A DNA stretch of 64,000 bases. Source: an uncultured virus (IMG/VR IMGVR_UViG_3300015607_003164) (Duplodnaviria > Heunggongvirae > Uroviricota > Caudoviricetes). The first letter of the stretch is position 1. Every line of letters begins with the position of its first letter. The stretch lies in the IMG/VR virus record IMGVR_UViG_3300015607_003164; one strand, 5' to 3'. Below are positions 19,076 to 29,362 of the stretch, piece after piece. A program made the translations under genes and the position numbers. The notes under the pieces are model-generated. The model was not told the origin of the DNA. It saw only the letters and a list, made by a program, of their open reading frames with translations, and made no database searches.

Positions 19076-19508
19076 TTATATATTACTTTTATATTTCCAA
19101 ATATAACCACCAGCTGATTTGTATTTACCCTTGCAACAAGTTGTTATTGAGTTACCACCTATTCCTAATTCTTTTGAGGCAGAAACAATAGAATCCCATT
19201 CTTTTATAAATTTCATATTTATATCGTATTGGATTACCGGTTTTATAGTTTTGTTTTTGTAATTAAATGGTTTTTTATCTTCCGAATATCTCCAAATATA
19301 ACCAGCATGTGATTTTTGCTTGCCTGAACAACACAATTGAACATTACTATCTCTGAATCCATCTAATATAGTTTCACTTATTGAATCATACTCTTTTATA
19401 AAATTACCATTTAAATCATATCTTTTAACTTTTCTTTTTTGATAGTTTAATCTATCTAAGTCTTATTTCACCATTCTTATCTGATAGATAATAAATAAAA
19501 ACATTCAT
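19076..19508 (-). pseudogene. GIY-YIG/NUMOD1 homing endonuclease with internal deletion
   Basis: ATG 19508 MNVFIYYLSDKNGEIR breaks before YVG; a different frame then gives KVKRYDLNGNFIKEYDS..CCSGK..AGYIWRY (two NUMOD1 units). Confidence 0.7.
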
Positions 19509-19520
19509 AAATTAAGTAAC

Positions 19521-20321
19521 CTACCTCTTGACCATTATAAAAAAACTACTCGTTGATTGTCCTTTTACTTCTTCTTCTACTTCTTTTACTTCTTCTTTAC
19601 CTTGAGTTACAAGATCTGCTGCTTGAATTTTAACACCACCTGGTAAAGTAAAGTCATAACGACCAACTAAGTTACCTAATTGTTGTTTAGCATAACCAAC
19701 TACATACTTAAAGAATAAATCTTCCTTGAATAAGTTCTCTGCTGGAATGTTAGCATAAGCTTCCATAATAACGTGATGTTTAACATTAGTTAAAATGTGT
19801 AGTCTATGATTTAACTGATTAAATTGATATTTAAGAGTATATTTATTTAATTGATTTAACATATCAGACATTGAGTCTAATACAGTTTTATAAACACCTA
19901 ACTCTCCAATTGTTGTTACATAAGATGATAAGTAAGGCTGATTTGTAACACCCATATTAACTGACAAGTTGGGAGTGTTTATACCTAATTGAAATAAGCT
20001 ATCACCTCTAACTTCATAAAGATAAACAACCGTTTGAATTTCACAAGGAACTGTTACATAATTATATCTAGTATATTCCTCGGTAAAAAAAGCTCTTTGG
20101 TCTATAAAGTAGTAAATTTTCTGAACAGCATATTGATAGTTACGGTAGAACCAAGGCAATGCTCTTGTTTCTATAATTTGTCTGATGTTTGCATCAGGAA
20201 GAGTTTTAGGTAAAGCACAAGAAATGGTTAATTCATTTTGAACTAAATCAATTAATTCTTCTATTGTATAACCACCTTGATATGGTACAAAAACATCTCC
20301 AAACCCATTAGTATCTGCCAT
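19521..20321 (-). CDS. gp13: T4 gp13-like neck (head-tail adaptor) protein
   Basis: YVVGYAKQQLGNLVGRYDFTLPGGVKIQAADLVTQGKEE matches gp13 C-terminal LPGGV motif. Confidence 0.8.
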   Translation of the reverse strand: MADTNGFGDVFVPYQGGYTIEELIDLVQNELTISCALPKTLPDANIRQIIETRALPWFYRNYQYAVQKIYYFIDQRAFFTEEYTRYNYVTVPCEIQTVVYLYEVRGDSLFQLGINTPNLSVNMGVTNQPYLSSYVTTIGELGVYKTVLDSMSDMLNQLNKYTLKYQFNQLNHRLHILTNVKHHVIMEAYANIPAENLFKEDLFFKYVVGYAKQQLGNLVGRYDFTLPGGVKIQAADLVTQGKEEVKEVEEEVKGQSTSSFFIMVKR

Positions 20322-20351
20322 AAAATATTCTTACTTTTGTTTATATATTAA

Positions 20352-20383
20352 TTTGGCAATTTCACTTATTATCCTTATCTTTG
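20352..20383 (+). promoter_or_regulatory. Bacteroidota-type promoter TTTG-N20-TATCTTTG
   Basis: Both -33 and -7 elements with canonical spacing. Confidence 0.8.
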
Positions 20384-20414
20384 TATAACAAACAAACAGA
20401 TAATCACTACAGCT

Positions 20415-20603
20415 ATGAAACTCAAAGGTAAAATAACAATAGGTAAATTCACAAAAGAAGATTCTCGTAAAGCTTGTAGAAAGGCTGGTCGTGAGATTGA
20501 TTTAACTAACTCTACTGGTTGGGTAGCTGTTCATAAAGCTCATAAATCTGTTAAAGATTATACAAGAAAGCCTAAACATAAAAAAGACTATTCATTTGAA
20601 TAG
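20415..20603 (+). CDS. Small basic protein with ArfA-like YxRKxKH motif
   Basis: HKSVKDYTRKPKHKK near C-terminus. Confidence 0.6.
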   Translation: MKLKGKITIGKFTKEDSRKACRKAGREIDLTNSTGWVAVHKAHKSVKDYTRKPKHKKDYSFE

Positions 20604-20609
20604 TCTTTT
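20581..20609. terminator. Bidirectional terminator overlapping both convergent stop codons
   Basis: AAAAGACTATTCA-T-TGAATAGTCTTTT-type inverted repeat. Confidence 0.8.
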
Positions 20610-20735
20610 AATTTTTTCTTTTCTTTCTCTTCTGCTCCACTTCTTACCATAGACCGATAGGTATTCATTAAATGATATCTGTCTATCAAAGTTTTGCCAA
20701 AAGTACTCAGAGAAAATTTCACTTTTGGTTTTCAC
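20592..20735 (-). CDS. 47-aa protein with C-terminal tag (not in ORF track)
   Basis: GTG start; [47 protein letters not shown]. Confidence 0.6.
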   Translation of the reverse strand: MKTKSEIFSEYFWQNFDRQISFNEYLSVYGKKWSRRERKEKIKRLFK

Positions 20736-20958
20736 TGAAAATATTATTAATTTTTCTCATTCTTTCCTTGTTAAAGTAAGCATTTCTACTACTAACTTTT
20801 AATTCTCTCCAATTGATACCATCAAACATGTAGTTTCTATTTTTAGAGGCATCATAGTAAATATCACCGGTAGATGGATTATTTGATTTAAATGTGTTAA
20901 TTGAATTAACACTTTTCCATAAACCATTAGATGCAAGTTCAGTTATAGTTTTTATCAT
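20719..20958 (-). CDS. Hypothetical protein with C-terminal tag
   Basis: [27 protein letters not shown]. Confidence 0.65.
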   Translation of the reverse strand: MIKTITELASNGLWKSVNSINTFKSNNPSTGDIYYDASKNRNYMFDGINWRELKVSSRNAYFNKERMRKINNIFSENQK

Positions 20959-22007
20959 ACTTGGAAGTTTTTTGAAGCTTTTAGTTTTTCTAAAACGTGT
21001 TGTTCATCAAGTTCAATTTTCTTAGGAATCTTAATTGAAACTCTAATGAATAAATCACCCATTCCTAAATGAATATCTGGAATACCTCTACCACTTATTC
21101 TTATAACTTTACCATGTTCAGTACCGGGTTCAATAGTTATTGGAATTTCACCATGTGGTGTATTAACTTTTAGATTAGCACCCATAATAGCGTCTAAAAC
21201 AGATATAGTTTTTTCAACTATTATATTATTACCCTCTCTTGTGAATGAATGATCTCTTAGCTCCTCAACTATTATATGTAAATCTCCAGGCATACCATTT
21301 CTAATATGATTGCCATATCCTGACATACTTAACTGCATTCCATTTGAAACACCTGCTGGTATATCAACATCAATAGTCTGTTCTCTTAATACAGTACCGT
21401 CACCGTGGCAGTCTTTACATTTACTATGAACTTGTTGTCCCGAACCAGCACAATCTGGACAGGTTGTAGCCTGTCTTATTTGACCAAATGGTGTTTGTTG
21501 AACTACTATTCTTTGACCTGTTCCATTACAAGGCAAACAAGATTTAACATCTGTACCACCTTTTCCGCTACAAGTATTACATCTATCTTGTCTCTTGTAT
21601 TTGATTTTTTTATTTGCTCCTTTAAGAATTTCATCTATTGTTAAACTAACTTTAATTCTTAAATTAGAACCTTTACTTTGTGGTCTTTGTCCGTTATATC
21701 TTTGATTGAAAGCGTTTCCAAATATATCTCCAAAATTAGAAAATATATCTTCCATATTGAATCCACCACCACCAAATGGATTTCCACCACCAGTTGCAGA
21801 ACCGTATCTATCATAGTTTGACTTTTTGTCTGGACTTGATAAAACATCATAAGCTTCTGCTGCTTCTTTGAATTTGGCTTCGGCTTCTGGATTATCAGGA
21901 TTCTTATCAGGATGGTATTTCATTGCCATTTTACGATAAGCCTTTTTAATCTCATCTTCTGAGGCATTTTTATCTACGCCTAATATGTTATAATAATCTT
22001 TATTCAT
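20955..22007 (-). CDS. dnaJ: Chaperone DnaJ
   Basis: J domain with HPD, G/F linker, four CxxCxGxG repeats. Confidence 0.97.
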   Translation of the reverse strand: MNKDYYNILGVDKNASEDEIKKAYRKMAMKYHPDKNPDNPEAEAKFKEAAEAYDVLSSPDKKSNYDRYGSATGGGNPFGGGGFNMEDIFSNFGDIFGNAFNQRYNGQRPQSKGSNLRIKVSLTIDEILKGANKKIKYKRQDRCNTCSGKGGTDVKSCLPCNGTGQRIVVQQTPFGQIRQATTCPDCAGSGQQVHSKCKDCHGDGTVLREQTIDVDIPAGVSNGMQLSMSGYGNHIRNGMPGDLHIIVEELRDHSFTREGNNIIVEKTISVLDAIMGANLKVNTPHGEIPITIEPGTEHGKVIRISGRGIPDIHLGMGDLFIRVSIKIPKKIELDEQHVLEKLKASKNFQV

Positions 22008-22026
22008 AATTTTATTTTATCAAATT

Positions 22027-22341
22027 TTATGCTAGTAGTTGCTTTATTTTTGAATCTCTATATATCTGCTTTGGTGTTTCTGTTAGTTTTATATAAACAT
22101 ATTTATTATATCTAATACTAAACTCATCATTCCATATATGTGCTGACATTATAGGCATTTCTTCAATTATTTCTTGGAATATTTTATTAGCATCTTCTAA
22201 TTTCCAATTTTTTAGCTCTGTTAATCTTTTACAAAAATAGTCCATACAGGGAGAGGCATTGTCTATTATCTTTGATAGACTATCATCCGTTCTAAAACTA
22301 TCCGGAGCCCATTCCGATATTTCAACATACCAATCAGTCAT
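22027..22341 (-). CDS. Hypothetical protein with C-terminal tag
   Basis: ends RDSKIKQLLA. Confidence 0.7.
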   Translation of the reverse strand: MTDWYVEISEWAPDSFRTDDSLSKIIDNASPCMDYFCKRLTELKNWKLEDANKIFQEIIEEMPIMSAHIWNDEFSIRYNKYVYIKLTETPKQIYRDSKIKQLLA

Positions 22342-22885
22342 TACCTAATATTTCACTAATGTTATTTTCTCTATTAATCTTCTTCTGAACTCTTTTAATA
22401 TCTTCTTCTATGTCTTCACTTTTTCTAACCATTTTAACAAGACCCGCTATATAGTTATCAACTATTAGAGTTAATGTCTCTGATGTTCTATCAATATTTT
22501 CAAAATACTCTAATGATTTTTTACACTTAATCATCATATCTATTAAATATTCAATAAATTCATCTATATTAAAATAAAGTATAAAAAGCTGATATCTCTG
22601 TTTCTCTGTATCACCTTTGAATAAAGAAGGTGGATCTATAAAAACTTTAGCAAAAACTCTTCTAACAGAAGGTAATACTAAGTCTAAAGTAGAGTCATCA
22701 TCATAGTAAAAAGAATTTTCAAACTCTTCTATCTGAAACAAATGAAACTTTTTATCAATAACATAGTCTATTACCTCAATAAATGCTGGTAGATAACTTT
22801 CAGTAATACCAGAAGTTAAAGATTCTGTTAGTACTTTTCTATATTTTTCCTCTTTTAATAAATCAACTATGTTTTTTGAAGACAT
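22334..22885 (-). CDS. Hypothetical protein with C-terminal tag
   Basis: LVLPSVRRVF; ends RENNISEILGND. Confidence 0.7.
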   Translation of the reverse strand: MSSKNIVDLLKEEKYRKVLTESLTSGITESYLPAFIEVIDYVIDKKFHLFQIEEFENSFYYDDDSTLDLVLPSVRRVFAKVFIDPPSLFKGDTEKQRYQLFILYFNIDEFIEYLIDMMIKCKKSLEYFENIDRTSETLTLIVDNYIAGLVKMVRKSEDIEEDIKRVQKKINRENNISEILGND

Positions 22886-23334
22886 TATTTACTAAGTACA
22901 ATTTTTGGATGTCTAAAAGGTTTTCCATTTAACATGTAACCTTTGCTAACGACATCTAAGATTCCCTTATCACCGGTCTCAACTACACTAATAACTTCAT
23001 GTAAATCCTCATCATAAGTTTCTGTTTGAATAGTTTCAATTCCTTGAGACTTTAAAAAGTTTTCAAGTTTATTTGCTATCAATTGAACACCTTGTTTAGT
23101 TGTTTCATCTTTGATGTTTTTAATAGCTATGGCTACATCATTATCCATATCAAGAATAGGAGTAACCATTCCAACTTTAGTGTTGAACTTAATTTCTTCT
23201 TTTTCTTTTTGAACTCTTCTTTTGTAGTTTTCAAATTCAGCATAAAGACGAACATACTTATCTTCAGCCTCTGCCAACTTTTCAACTAAATCTTTTTCTT
23301 GAATTTGTTCGTTTTCAATTTGATTTTCTTCCAT
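22885..23334 (-). CDS. grpE: Nucleotide exchange factor GrpE
   Basis: YVRLYAEFENYKRR, DLHEVI, KGYMLNGKPFRHPKIV. Confidence 0.95.
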   Translation of the reverse strand: MEENQIENEQIQEKDLVEKLAEAEDKYVRLYAEFENYKRRVQKEKEEIKFNTKVGMVTPILDMDNDVAIAIKNIKDETTKQGVQLIANKLENFLKSQGIETIQTETYDEDLHEVISVVETGDKGILDVVSKGYMLNGKPFRHPKIVLSK

Positions 23335-23344
23335 AGTTTATATT

Positions 23345-24250
23345 TTATTTTAAATTTGACAAATATCTTTCTGCATCAAGTGCTGCCATACAACCCGTAC
23401 CAGCGGCTGTTATTGCTTGTCGATATACTTTATCTTGAACATCACCACAAGCAAACACTCCTTCTACATTTGTTTTAGTAGAATTAGGTTGAGTTACAAT
23501 ATAACCTTCACTATCTAATTCTAATTTACCTTGAAATATCTCAGTATTTGGTTTGTGACCAATTGCTATAAAAACACCATCACAATTAAAAACACCATTA
23601 TTAGTCATTACCATATTGACATTTCTATCTCCAAGTATTTCTAATATATGAGTATTGTATTCAATTTTTATCTTAGGATTATTTTTAACCCTGTTCTGCA
23701 TAATGTTAGATGCTCTCATTTTATCAGACCTAACTAAAATTGTAACACTATTACAAATATTTGATAGATAGGTTGCTTCTTCACAAGCAGTATCACCACC
23801 ACCAACTACAATAACGTTTTGGTCTTTATAGAAAAATCCATCACAAGTAGCACAAGCAGAGACTCCAAATCCTGAAAACTTCTTTTCAGAATCTAATCCT
23901 AACCATTTCGCTTCAGCGCCTGTTGATATGATAATAGAATCAGTTAGATAAACCTCACCATTCTCATCAGTTACTTTGAAAGGTTTTTCAGATACATCAA
24001 TACTATCAGCTAATACATATTTAACTTCTGTTCCAAATCTTAGAGCTTGTTCTCTTAGATCCTCCATCATAAGTGGTCCAGTTATTCCATTTTTGTAACC
24101 TGGAAAGTTTTCAACATCTCCGGTATCCATCAACTGACCTCCAACTTTGAGACCGGTTAGCATTAATGGGTTTAATCCTGCTCTAGAGGCATAAATAGCC
24201 GCTGTATATCCAGCAGGACCTGAACCAATTATAATTACACTTTTTTTCAT
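23345..24250 (-). CDS. trxB: Thioredoxin-disulfide reductase
   Basis: IIGSGPAGYTAA, SACATCDGFF, VGGGDTACEEA, GDVQD..YRQAITAAG. Confidence 0.97.
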   Translation of the reverse strand: MKKSVIIIGSGPAGYTAAIYASRAGLNPLMLTGLKVGGQLMDTGDVENFPGYKNGITGPLMMEDLREQALRFGTEVKYVLADSIDVSEKPFKVTDENGEVYLTDSIIISTGAEAKWLGLDSEKKFSGFGVSACATCDGFFYKDQNVIVVGGGDTACEEATYLSNICNSVTILVRSDKMRASNIMQNRVKNNPKIKIEYNTHILEILGDRNVNMVMTNNGVFNCDGVFIAIGHKPNTEIFQGKLELDSEGYIVTQPNSTKTNVEGVFACGDVQDKVYRQAITAAGTGCMAALDAERYLSNLK

Positions 24251-24251
24251 A

Positions 24252-24737
24252 TTAGTAATTAAATTTTAATAGTTTTCTAACGTTATTTGAGTTATAAAAC
24301 TCATAAGTTACATTTTTATCAACAATCTTATGTATTTCAAGTTTTTCTATTTCTAACTTCATTGCTTCAACATAATCAACTAATTCTTTTAATGATTTAG
24401 TCCAAGTAGAGTTAGGAACCCAATAATCTGGAAACTTATCGACAAACTTATCAATTGCCACATCAAATGTCTTTTTTCTAACAAGTAGATAGTCTTTCTC
24501 TTTTATAGACTTATTGGTTAGAAACTCCATAATATAAGTGTTAAACTTATGGATTAGGTTATCAGTTTCAATTATTTTTAATAATCCAATAACAAGAGCA
24601 TCTCTTTCAGACATTTCCATTTCTTTGTTTTCTTTAAGAATCTTTTCAGCTTCTTTCTCAGAGCCAACTATGTAATAAACATAGTTATCCCATAAACACA
24701 TTCTAACAATGTCTTCTGGATAAATTTTTATAGTCAT
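24252..24737 (-). CDS. Hypothetical protein heading the trxB-grpE-dnaJ operon
   Basis: 161-aa ORF downstream of TAAAC-N18-TATAAT (24786-24758). Confidence 0.65.
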   Translation of the reverse strand: MTIKIYPEDIVRMCLWDNYVYYIVGSEKEAEKILKENKEMEMSERDALVIGLLKIIETDNLIHKFNTYIMEFLTNKSIKEKDYLLVRKKTFDVAIDKFVDKFPDYWVPNSTWTKSLKELVDYVEAMKLEIEKLEIHKIVDKNVTYEFYNSNNVRKLLKFNY

Positions 24738-24941
24738 TTAATAATTTTATTTTTTATATTATAGTCTCTAACACGTCCAAAGTTTATATTTACTAACACT
24801 ACATCAATATTCATTTAACTTTTAGAAAAATCTAAAAAAAAGTTGAAAATTATTTAAAAAAACGAGAAAATTGATAAAATTTATGAATATATAAAATCAC
24901 TTTTACGATCGTAGGAGCATAAAAAATCAATACAAAATGAA

Positions 24942-25172
24942 TTGAAAAACATTGTTAATTCAGAAGTGGATACACCTGACGGCAAAGCCACTCTAAAGGA
25001 AATCTATGTAACAGAATTAGGTTACATTATGGCAAAAATTTACTATCCATCAAAAGGTGTATTTATAAATCATATGATGGGTTCAGTTAGCGGACTTTTA
25101 GGAGAAAAAAATATTAATTTACTCTCTGGATTTTCAGAAAGGATAACATTAGAGGAAAAGTTAGTCGATTGA
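24942..25172 (+). CDS. Hypothetical protein
   Basis: 76-aa ORF with TTG start, followed by terminator 25155-25183. Confidence 0.55.
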   Translation: MKNIVNSEVDTPDGKATLKEIYVTELGYIMAKIYYPSKGVFINHMMGSVSGLLGEKNINLLSGFSERITLEEKLVD

Positions 25173-25226
25173 CTAACTTTTTTCTTTTTAAATATTTTTT
25201 ATTATATTTGCCCAATATATAAAGTC

Positions 25227-25871
25227 ATGAGTAAATATAATAGAACATATCATTTACCCTGGTCACCTGGTTCTACCAATGATGATAGAATATCAGATGG
25301 AGTTGAATCTCTATTGGGTAAAGATATTGTCATTACTGAAAAATTAGATGGTGAAAACTGTGGAATGACAGATGATGGTGTTTATGCTAGAAGTCATGCT
25401 ACCTTTACAACATCACCTTGGTCAAGAGAAGTTAGACAACTACATAAAGTATCAGTTGAAGGACAATTAGGTGAGGGAGTTTATTTATTTGGAGAAAATA
25501 TGGAGGGTATTCACTCTATTGAATATACTAATCTAAAATCTTACTTTTATATTTTTGGAGTTAGAGATAATAACATTTGGATTCCTTGGAATAAGGTTGA
25601 AGAGTATTCTTTTCTTTTAGATATTCCAACTGTTCCTGTTTTATTCAAAGGTGTAGTTAATACTGAAAAAGAACTAAAAGACTTAGTTGAGAAGTTGGTT
25701 AAAGAACCATCATCTTTAGGTGGACCAAGAGAAGGTATAGTTGTTAGAAATGCTTCTTTATTTCACAATGATGATTTTGCTGATAATGTAATGAAGTGGG
25801 TTAGAAAAGGACATGTGACTACAGATGAGCATTGGACTCGCAATTGGCGCCGCGCTACTTTAAATTTATAA
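25227..25871 (+). CDS. ATP-dependent RNA ligase (Rnl2-like nucleotidyltransferase family)
   Basis: KYNRTYHLPWSPG..DD, ITEKLDGEN, FGEN, REGIVVR, KWVR. Confidence 0.85.
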   Translation: MSKYNRTYHLPWSPGSTNDDRISDGVESLLGKDIVITEKLDGENCGMTDDGVYARSHATFTTSPWSREVRQLHKVSVEGQLGEGVYLFGENMEGIHSIEYTNLKSYFYIFGVRDNNIWIPWNKVEEYSFLLDIPTVPVLFKGVVNTEKELKDLVEKLVKEPSSLGGPREGIVVRNASLFHNDDFADNVMKWVRKGHVTTDEHWTRNWRRATLNL

Positions 25872-25907
25872 TGCTTTTTTCCAATTTTTGTCCTTAATAT
25901 ATACTTT

Positions 25908-26582
25908 ATGGAAATAAAATGCTATAAATGTAAAGAGACTAAGGATATCAATAACTTTTCAAAAAATAAAAGTAAAAAAATTGGTGTTAATACTATATGT
26001 AAAGAGTGTAGTAAAGAATACATGAAAAAATATAATTTAGAAAATAAAGAAATTGTAAAAAAGTGTAGAGAAGAATATAAAATAAATAACAAAGAAAAGT
26101 TAAAAGAACAAAGTATTGAATATTATAAAGAAAATAAAGAAAAAATTTCAGAATATCAAAAAAAATATAGAGAGTTAAACAAAGAATATCTTAAAGAGAA
26201 GAATAAAAAATATAGAAATGAAAAATCTGAAAGTAGAAGAGAATATAAGAGAGAGTGGCAAAAAAAGAATAGAAAGAAAATACCTTGGCACTATGCTCAC
26301 CGAGATCTTCTAAATAGGACTATTAAAAGAATAAATATTAAAAAGTTGTCAAAAACTGAAACACAACTTGGTTATTCAAGTGAAGATTTAAAGGTACATA
26401 TTGAAAATTTATTTTTAGAAGATATGTCTTGGGAAAATTATGGGGAATGGCATATTGATCACATTAAACCTCTATCAATGTTTAATGAAAATGATGATGC
26501 CTCTGTAGTCAACTCACTTGATAATTTAAGACCTCTATGGAAGGAAGATAATTTAAAGAAATATAATAATTATGGAACTTGA
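25908..26582 (+). CDS. HNH homing endonuclease
   Basis: CYKC..CKEC; LGYSSEDLKVHIE..MSWENYGEWHIDHIKP..NLRPLWKEDN. Confidence 0.85.
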   Translation: MEIKCYKCKETKDINNFSKNKSKKIGVNTICKECSKEYMKKYNLENKEIVKKCREEYKINNKEKLKEQSIEYYKENKEKISEYQKKYRELNKEYLKEKNKKYRNEKSESRREYKREWQKKNRKKIPWHYAHRDLLNRTIKRINIKKLSKTETQLGYSSEDLKVHIENLFLEDMSWENYGEWHIDHIKPLSMFNENDDASVVNSLDNLRPLWKEDNLKKYNNYGT

Positions 26583-26757
26583 AAATAAAATTGAACTAAA
26601 CAAAAAGATTAGAGCCTATAATGGAACTAATGCTTTTGTGCTTTCTTTACAGAAACAACTTAAAACAAATAAGTATCTAAAGAAAGTTGAGTGGAAAGGA
26701 AAACAAACTAAAATTCTAAGTGATAAGCAGTATGAAGCCGCAATCACAGCTCTGTAA
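26572..26757 (+). CDS. Hypothetical protein
   Basis: 61-aa ORF, YNGTNAFVLSL..LSDKQ; terminator 26757-26785. Confidence 0.6.
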   Translation: MELENKIELNKKIRAYNGTNAFVLSLQKQLKTNKYLKKVEWKGKQTKILSDKQYEAAITAL

Positions 26758-26818
26758 AAAAGACTACAATTTGTAGTCTTTTTTTTATTTTAAAATATAA
26801 CTTAAAAATTTTATTAAA

Positions 26819-27079
26819 ATGAGTATAAGATATATTGACAAAGAAAGTGGAATGTTGTTGGTTGACTTTGATATGATACTAACTGAGATTAGCTCGGCTG
26901 GAAGATCTAAGTTGCGTAGAACAATTGAAAAGTTAAAAATAAAACCTCAAAAAGAATACGGTAATAGATTTCTTTATAAAGAATCTGAAATAGAAAGAAT
27001 TAAAAAGTTTTTTGAAAATCAAGAAAAGTCAAAAGGATTTTCTTCTAATTGGACATTACAATCTGTTATTGAAGATTAA
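26819..27079 (+). CDS. Possible winged-helix (excisionase/MerR-like) DNA-binding protein
   Basis: GRSKLRR..KIKP...YGNRFLYKESEIERIK pattern. Confidence 0.45.
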   Translation: MSIRYIDKESGMLLVDFDMILTEISSAGRSKLRRTIEKLKIKPQKEYGNRFLYKESEIERIKKFFENQEKSKGFSSNWTLQSVIED

Positions 27080-28242
27080 TTTACTCTCTTGAAAACAACT
27101 GATACTTGTCTTAGTTCAATTTGAGTAACTTTATGTCTTTCTATTGTTTCCTCAGCTCTATCTGGATATCTTTCTAAGTCAACATTTAATGACCACGATT
27201 TTGTGCAATTGCCTAAATCCGATAATAGTGTTTTAATATCTGATGATGTTAAAATTAATTTATCATTAGTTGCATAATTCATACTTAGTTTCTCAACATT
27301 AAGAGTTTTATAATTTCTATTCCAAAGCGGCTTATCAGTATCATCATCATATCTTCTTGAGTACTCTTTAGCCGCTGGAATTATTTCTGTACCAAATCTA
27401 CCAGCATCTCCATTATAAAACAATGGTCCTTTAACTCTCCACTTAATAACATAGTTAAAATTATACTTTTCAGATTTCATATAATCTTTAATTCTATCAG
27501 CAACATCTGTTAATAAATTATCAACACCTTCTGAATATATTATTGATTTGCCTTCATTAATACTTATATCTAAACTTAGAAAATCTTGTTCTTTGCTAAA
27601 ATATGGTTTTACTTCTACCGGTAATTCATCCTCAAGTTCTAAGCATATCTCATCAACATATTGTTCAACTTCTTTAACCTTTTCCAAGTTATCATATTTT
27701 GCTGCTATAATAATCATTGGAAATTTCTCAGGCTCTTTTAACTTTGAAGGATATGGTTTACCTTTAACATTTTTAGACATAATAAAATTATCCTCAGGAT
27801 AAATATCAGAATCACTTAGTCTATAACCTCTGTAAGAATCTCCTTTAGAAATCTCATCTTTAGAAATATAGATAACTTCTCTACCAACTTTACCGTATTC
27901 TCCACCACCGGTTGATTTATAATCTTTAACTAAATAAAGGTTCCAATCTCTTAAAAACATAGACCACTTTAATGAGTTTGGTGGGAGTTTATCAATAGTG
28001 ACTTTTTCTAAATCATGTTTCATTATATTTTGGTCACCTGTCAAAAATGGAGTATCTTTAAGACCTTTAGTTGCTCTTTTTAGCTCACTCCATCTAAGAT
28101 TTAACATAGGATAAATACCTAATAGTTTTTTACCAAGAAAGCCTAATATTGCATTTGGTATAAATAGAAGTGACCTTTTTTCTGAAGGACTTAATTCTTC
28201 ATTTAATTTATTAAAGTTATTATATGATTGTAAGTGTTTCAT
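27076..28242 (-). CDS. Capsid-tag protein with KDILLEL-like domain
   Basis: MKHLQSYNNFNKLNEE; VDEICLELED..RIKDYM. Confidence 0.7.
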   Translation of the reverse strand: MKHLQSYNNFNKLNEELSPSEKRSLLFIPNAILGFLGKKLLGIYPMLNLRWSELKRATKGLKDTPFLTGDQNIMKHDLEKVTIDKLPPNSLKWSMFLRDWNLYLVKDYKSTGGGEYGKVGREVIYISKDEISKGDSYRGYRLSDSDIYPEDNFIMSKNVKGKPYPSKLKEPEKFPMIIIAAKYDNLEKVKEVEQYVDEICLELEDELPVEVKPYFSKEQDFLSLDISINEGKSIIYSEGVDNLLTDVADRIKDYMKSEKYNFNYVIKWRVKGPLFYNGDAGRFGTEIIPAAKEYSRRYDDDTDKPLWNRNYKTLNVEKLSMNYATNDKLILTSSDIKTLLSDLGNCTKSWSLNVDLERYPDRAEETIERHKVTQIELRQVSVVFKRVN

Positions 28243-28244
28243 TA

Positions 28245-28685
28245 TTAATCTTTTTTTCTAAAAGCAAATGTTACAGAATCAACTTTTTTATTATCTGGTA
28301 AAACATCTACTGATTTATAATAAGTATAAACCGGCACTCTCATTGTGTAAATATATTCTATTTCTAAACCTAATTCACCTTTTGCATAAGACTCTGCAAA
28401 TAATAAATTTTCTTTTATTTCATCTATATTAAACTCTTTAAGAGTTAGCTGTCCGGCTTCATCAATAATTCTTTTCTCTACTTTAACATCTATTGTTTTA
28501 ATTGCACCATCTTTTGTTCTCAAGTCCCAAGTATTAAAAGAGTCTAACTCAGAGAAATCCATTTTCTGAGTAGTTGATTCTTTCACACTAATATGAAATC
28601 CCTCATCTTTTAGTTCTTGAAATAAATCTCTGAACCAATCAAAGTTTTGTGATTCAAATAATTTATATGTTTTTAAATGCTTCAT
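28245..28685 (-). CDS. Capsid-tag protein, KDILLEL family
   Basis: MKHLKTYKLFES; FRDLFQELKDEGF. Confidence 0.75.
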   Translation of the reverse strand: MKHLKTYKLFESQNFDWFRDLFQELKDEGFHISVKESTTQKMDFSELDSFNTWDLRTKDGAIKTIDVKVEKRIIDEAGQLTLKEFNIDEIKENLLFAESYAKGELGLEIEYIYTMRVPVYTYYKSVDVLPDNKKVDSVTFAFRKKD

Positions 28686-29274
28686 TAAAGTCTTTAAATC
28701 TTTTTATCTTGAAGATTGATCCAATATTAGATAATTTCATTCTAATCTGACCAGCAAGTAAACCTTGAATACGATTAAATCTTCTATTTTTCTCTAATTC
28801 ATCCATAATCTTCATTGTTTCATGAAAGTAATTATTTCTGAACTTCTCTGAAGCAGTAAAAGCATCAGATATATTTTGAAGTCTATCAGCCAATTTAACA
28901 ACTAAGGCATCATCTGACATATGAATCATTTTAACAATTAAGTAGTCAGCCTTGCTGTCAAAATCATTTTCTATTTCTTCTTTTGACGAAGTAAGTTCCA
29001 TAACAATATCAGCGACCCTTTTGCCAAATTTTTCTTCAATAATCTTATAACCTACTTCTTTATCTTCAAAACAATCCTCAATAGTATCGTGTAGTAAGGC
29101 AGCACAAAGTAAATCTTCATCAGTTGTGTATTGTTTAACAATACCATTAACTTTTTGAACGTGAGCCATAAAGTAAGACTTATTTACAAATTTTCTAATT
29201 TGGTCTTTATGTAGTTCTTTGGCAAAGCTCCAAGCTTCTCTTTCTTTTGGTGTTAAAGGTCTATTTCTCGTCAT
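28663..29274 (-). CDS. HD-domain (p)ppGpp hydrolase-like protein (Mesh1/SpoT type)
   Basis: AWSFAKELHKDQIRK, Y..H, AALLHDTIED, FGKRVADIV.ELT, VKLADRLQN. Confidence 0.85.
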   Translation of the reverse strand: MTRNRPLTPKEREAWSFAKELHKDQIRKFVNKSYFMAHVQKVNGIVKQYTTDEDLLCAALLHDTIEDCFEDKEVGYKIIEEKFGKRVADIVMELTSSKEEIENDFDSKADYLIVKMIHMSDDALVVKLADRLQNISDAFTASEKFRNNYFHETMKIMDELEKNRRFNRIQGLLAGQIRMKLSNIGSIFKIKRFKDFNEAFKNI

Positions 29275-29362
29275 ATTTTATATATATTATATTTTTGGAT
29301 ATATTTCATAAATTGTTTTATCTTTTTTGTATATATTAAAAATCCTTAGTAAATTTGTAACT

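Noticed and set aside
24816..24846. A/T-rich inverted repeat as ncRNA or replication origin
   Set aside because: Low-complexity pairing expected by chance at this AT content; no iterons seen
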